64,000 nt of DNA, taken from Mobula hypostoma (lineage: Eukaryota). The stretch covers positions 8,060,001 through 8,124,000 of the forward strand of contig NC_086108.1 in assembly GCF_963921235.1 (NCBI RefSeq), written 5' to 3'. The notes under the pieces are model-generated. The model saw only the letters and a program-made list of their open reading frames with translations. It was not told the DNA's origin and searched no databases. The position numbers and the translations under genes were made by a program. This document shows positions 62,950-64,000 of this stretch, piece by piece; position 1 is the stretch's first letter; each line of letters begins with the position of its first letter.

Positions 62950-63565
62950 TTGAAGTTCAAAGTAAATTTTATTATCAGAGTACATATATGTCACCGCATA
63001 CAATCGTGGGATTCATTTTCCTGTGGGCATACTCAGCAAATCTATAGAGTAGTAACTATAACAGGATCAATGAAAGATCAACCAGAGTGCAGAAGACAAC
63101 AAACTCTGCAAATATAAATAAATAGCAATAAATAATGAGAACATGAGATAGTGAGATAAAGAGTCCTTAAAGAGAGATCATTGGTTGTGGGAACATCTCA
63201 ATGGATGGGCAAGTGCGAGCAGTTATCCCCCTTGTTCAAGAGCCTGATGGTTGAGGGGTAGTAACTGTTCCTGAACCTGGTGGTGTGGGACCTAAGCCTC
63301 CTGTACCTTGTAGCTGATGGCAGCAGCAAGAAGAGAGCATGTCGTGAGTGGGGCTCTCTGATGATAAATGTTGCTTTCCTATGATAGCATCTCATATAGA
63401 TGCGATCAGTGGTTGGGAGGGCTTTACCCGTGATGTACTGGGTCAAATCCACTACTTTTGTGAGATTTTCTGTTCAAAGCTATCAGAGTTCCCGTGCCAG
63501 GCCATGATGCAGCCAGTCAGTACACTCTCTACTACAGATCCATAGAAGGTTATCAAAATTTTAGA
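62950..63565 (-). mobile_element. Rex1/Babar 3' fragment with a single ORF end
   Basis: ORF 63198-63452 ends LRSHTTRFRNSYYPSTIRLLNK with no tandem amplification. Confidence 0.85.
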
Positions 63566-63814
63566 GATGGTTTCGGGATGTGGATTGCAGTCTTGTGGTA
63601 ACAGACTAAAGTAGAGACATGGAATGTGGCAGAAACTTCACTAATTGTTTTACACCGTGCACCAATTGTTGTAATAGAAAACTATCTAATTTGTGGATGA
63701 TCAATCTATCCTATAGGACTTAGTCCAGAGCCAAAATGTGTAGGTTTACTCATAATCTCAGTAAATGAGAATGTAAAATCTCAGGCAGATCATAGTTATA
63801 TCCTTGTGCATGAA

Positions 63815-64000
63815 AGTCCGTGACCTTCTCTTGTGCCAAGATGAGGCCACCCTCAGGCTGGAGGAGCAACACCTTGTATTCCATTTGGGCAGCCTCCAAC
63901 CTGATGGCATGAATATCGATTTCTCCTCTGGCTATAAAATATATTCCCTCCCCCTCCCCTCTTCCTCTATTCCCCACTCTGGCCTCTTACCTCTTCTCAC
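63815..64000 (+). mobile_element. Penelope-like 3' fragment running off the window
   Basis: Homologous to 45940-46100. Confidence 0.7.

Overview
This is eukaryotic vertebrate DNA, mostly decayed transposable elements. The repeat mix (CR1, Rex1/Babar, Penelope-like, RTE-derived, L1, HERO-like, Tc1, Chapaev) plus globin X suggests a cartilaginous fish; that is inference only. The one host gene I can support is coding exon 1 of globin X on the minus strand (10074->9860). It starts with the MGC acylation motif and ends at a phase-2 intron at B12.2. It lies in a CpG island between two long polypurine tracts, and its downstream exons were not found in the window. Notable structures: (1) a 95-bp satellite built from the end of the Rex1 ORF, present with the same junction inside four separate, diverged Rex1 copies; (2) an intact minimal hammerhead ribozyme at the end of a Penelope-like element, plus decayed copies; (3) an inverted ~180-bp duplication consistent with the breakpoints of a ~6.7-kb inversion; (4) a composite MITE present twice; (5) a twin-primed L1; (6) a HERO-like 3' UTR with a possible pseudoknot. 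Most ORFs in the supplied track are repeat artefacts or TE fragments. TE boundaries are approximate unless a TSD or TIR is quoted. Family names come from motif recognition, not from a database search.
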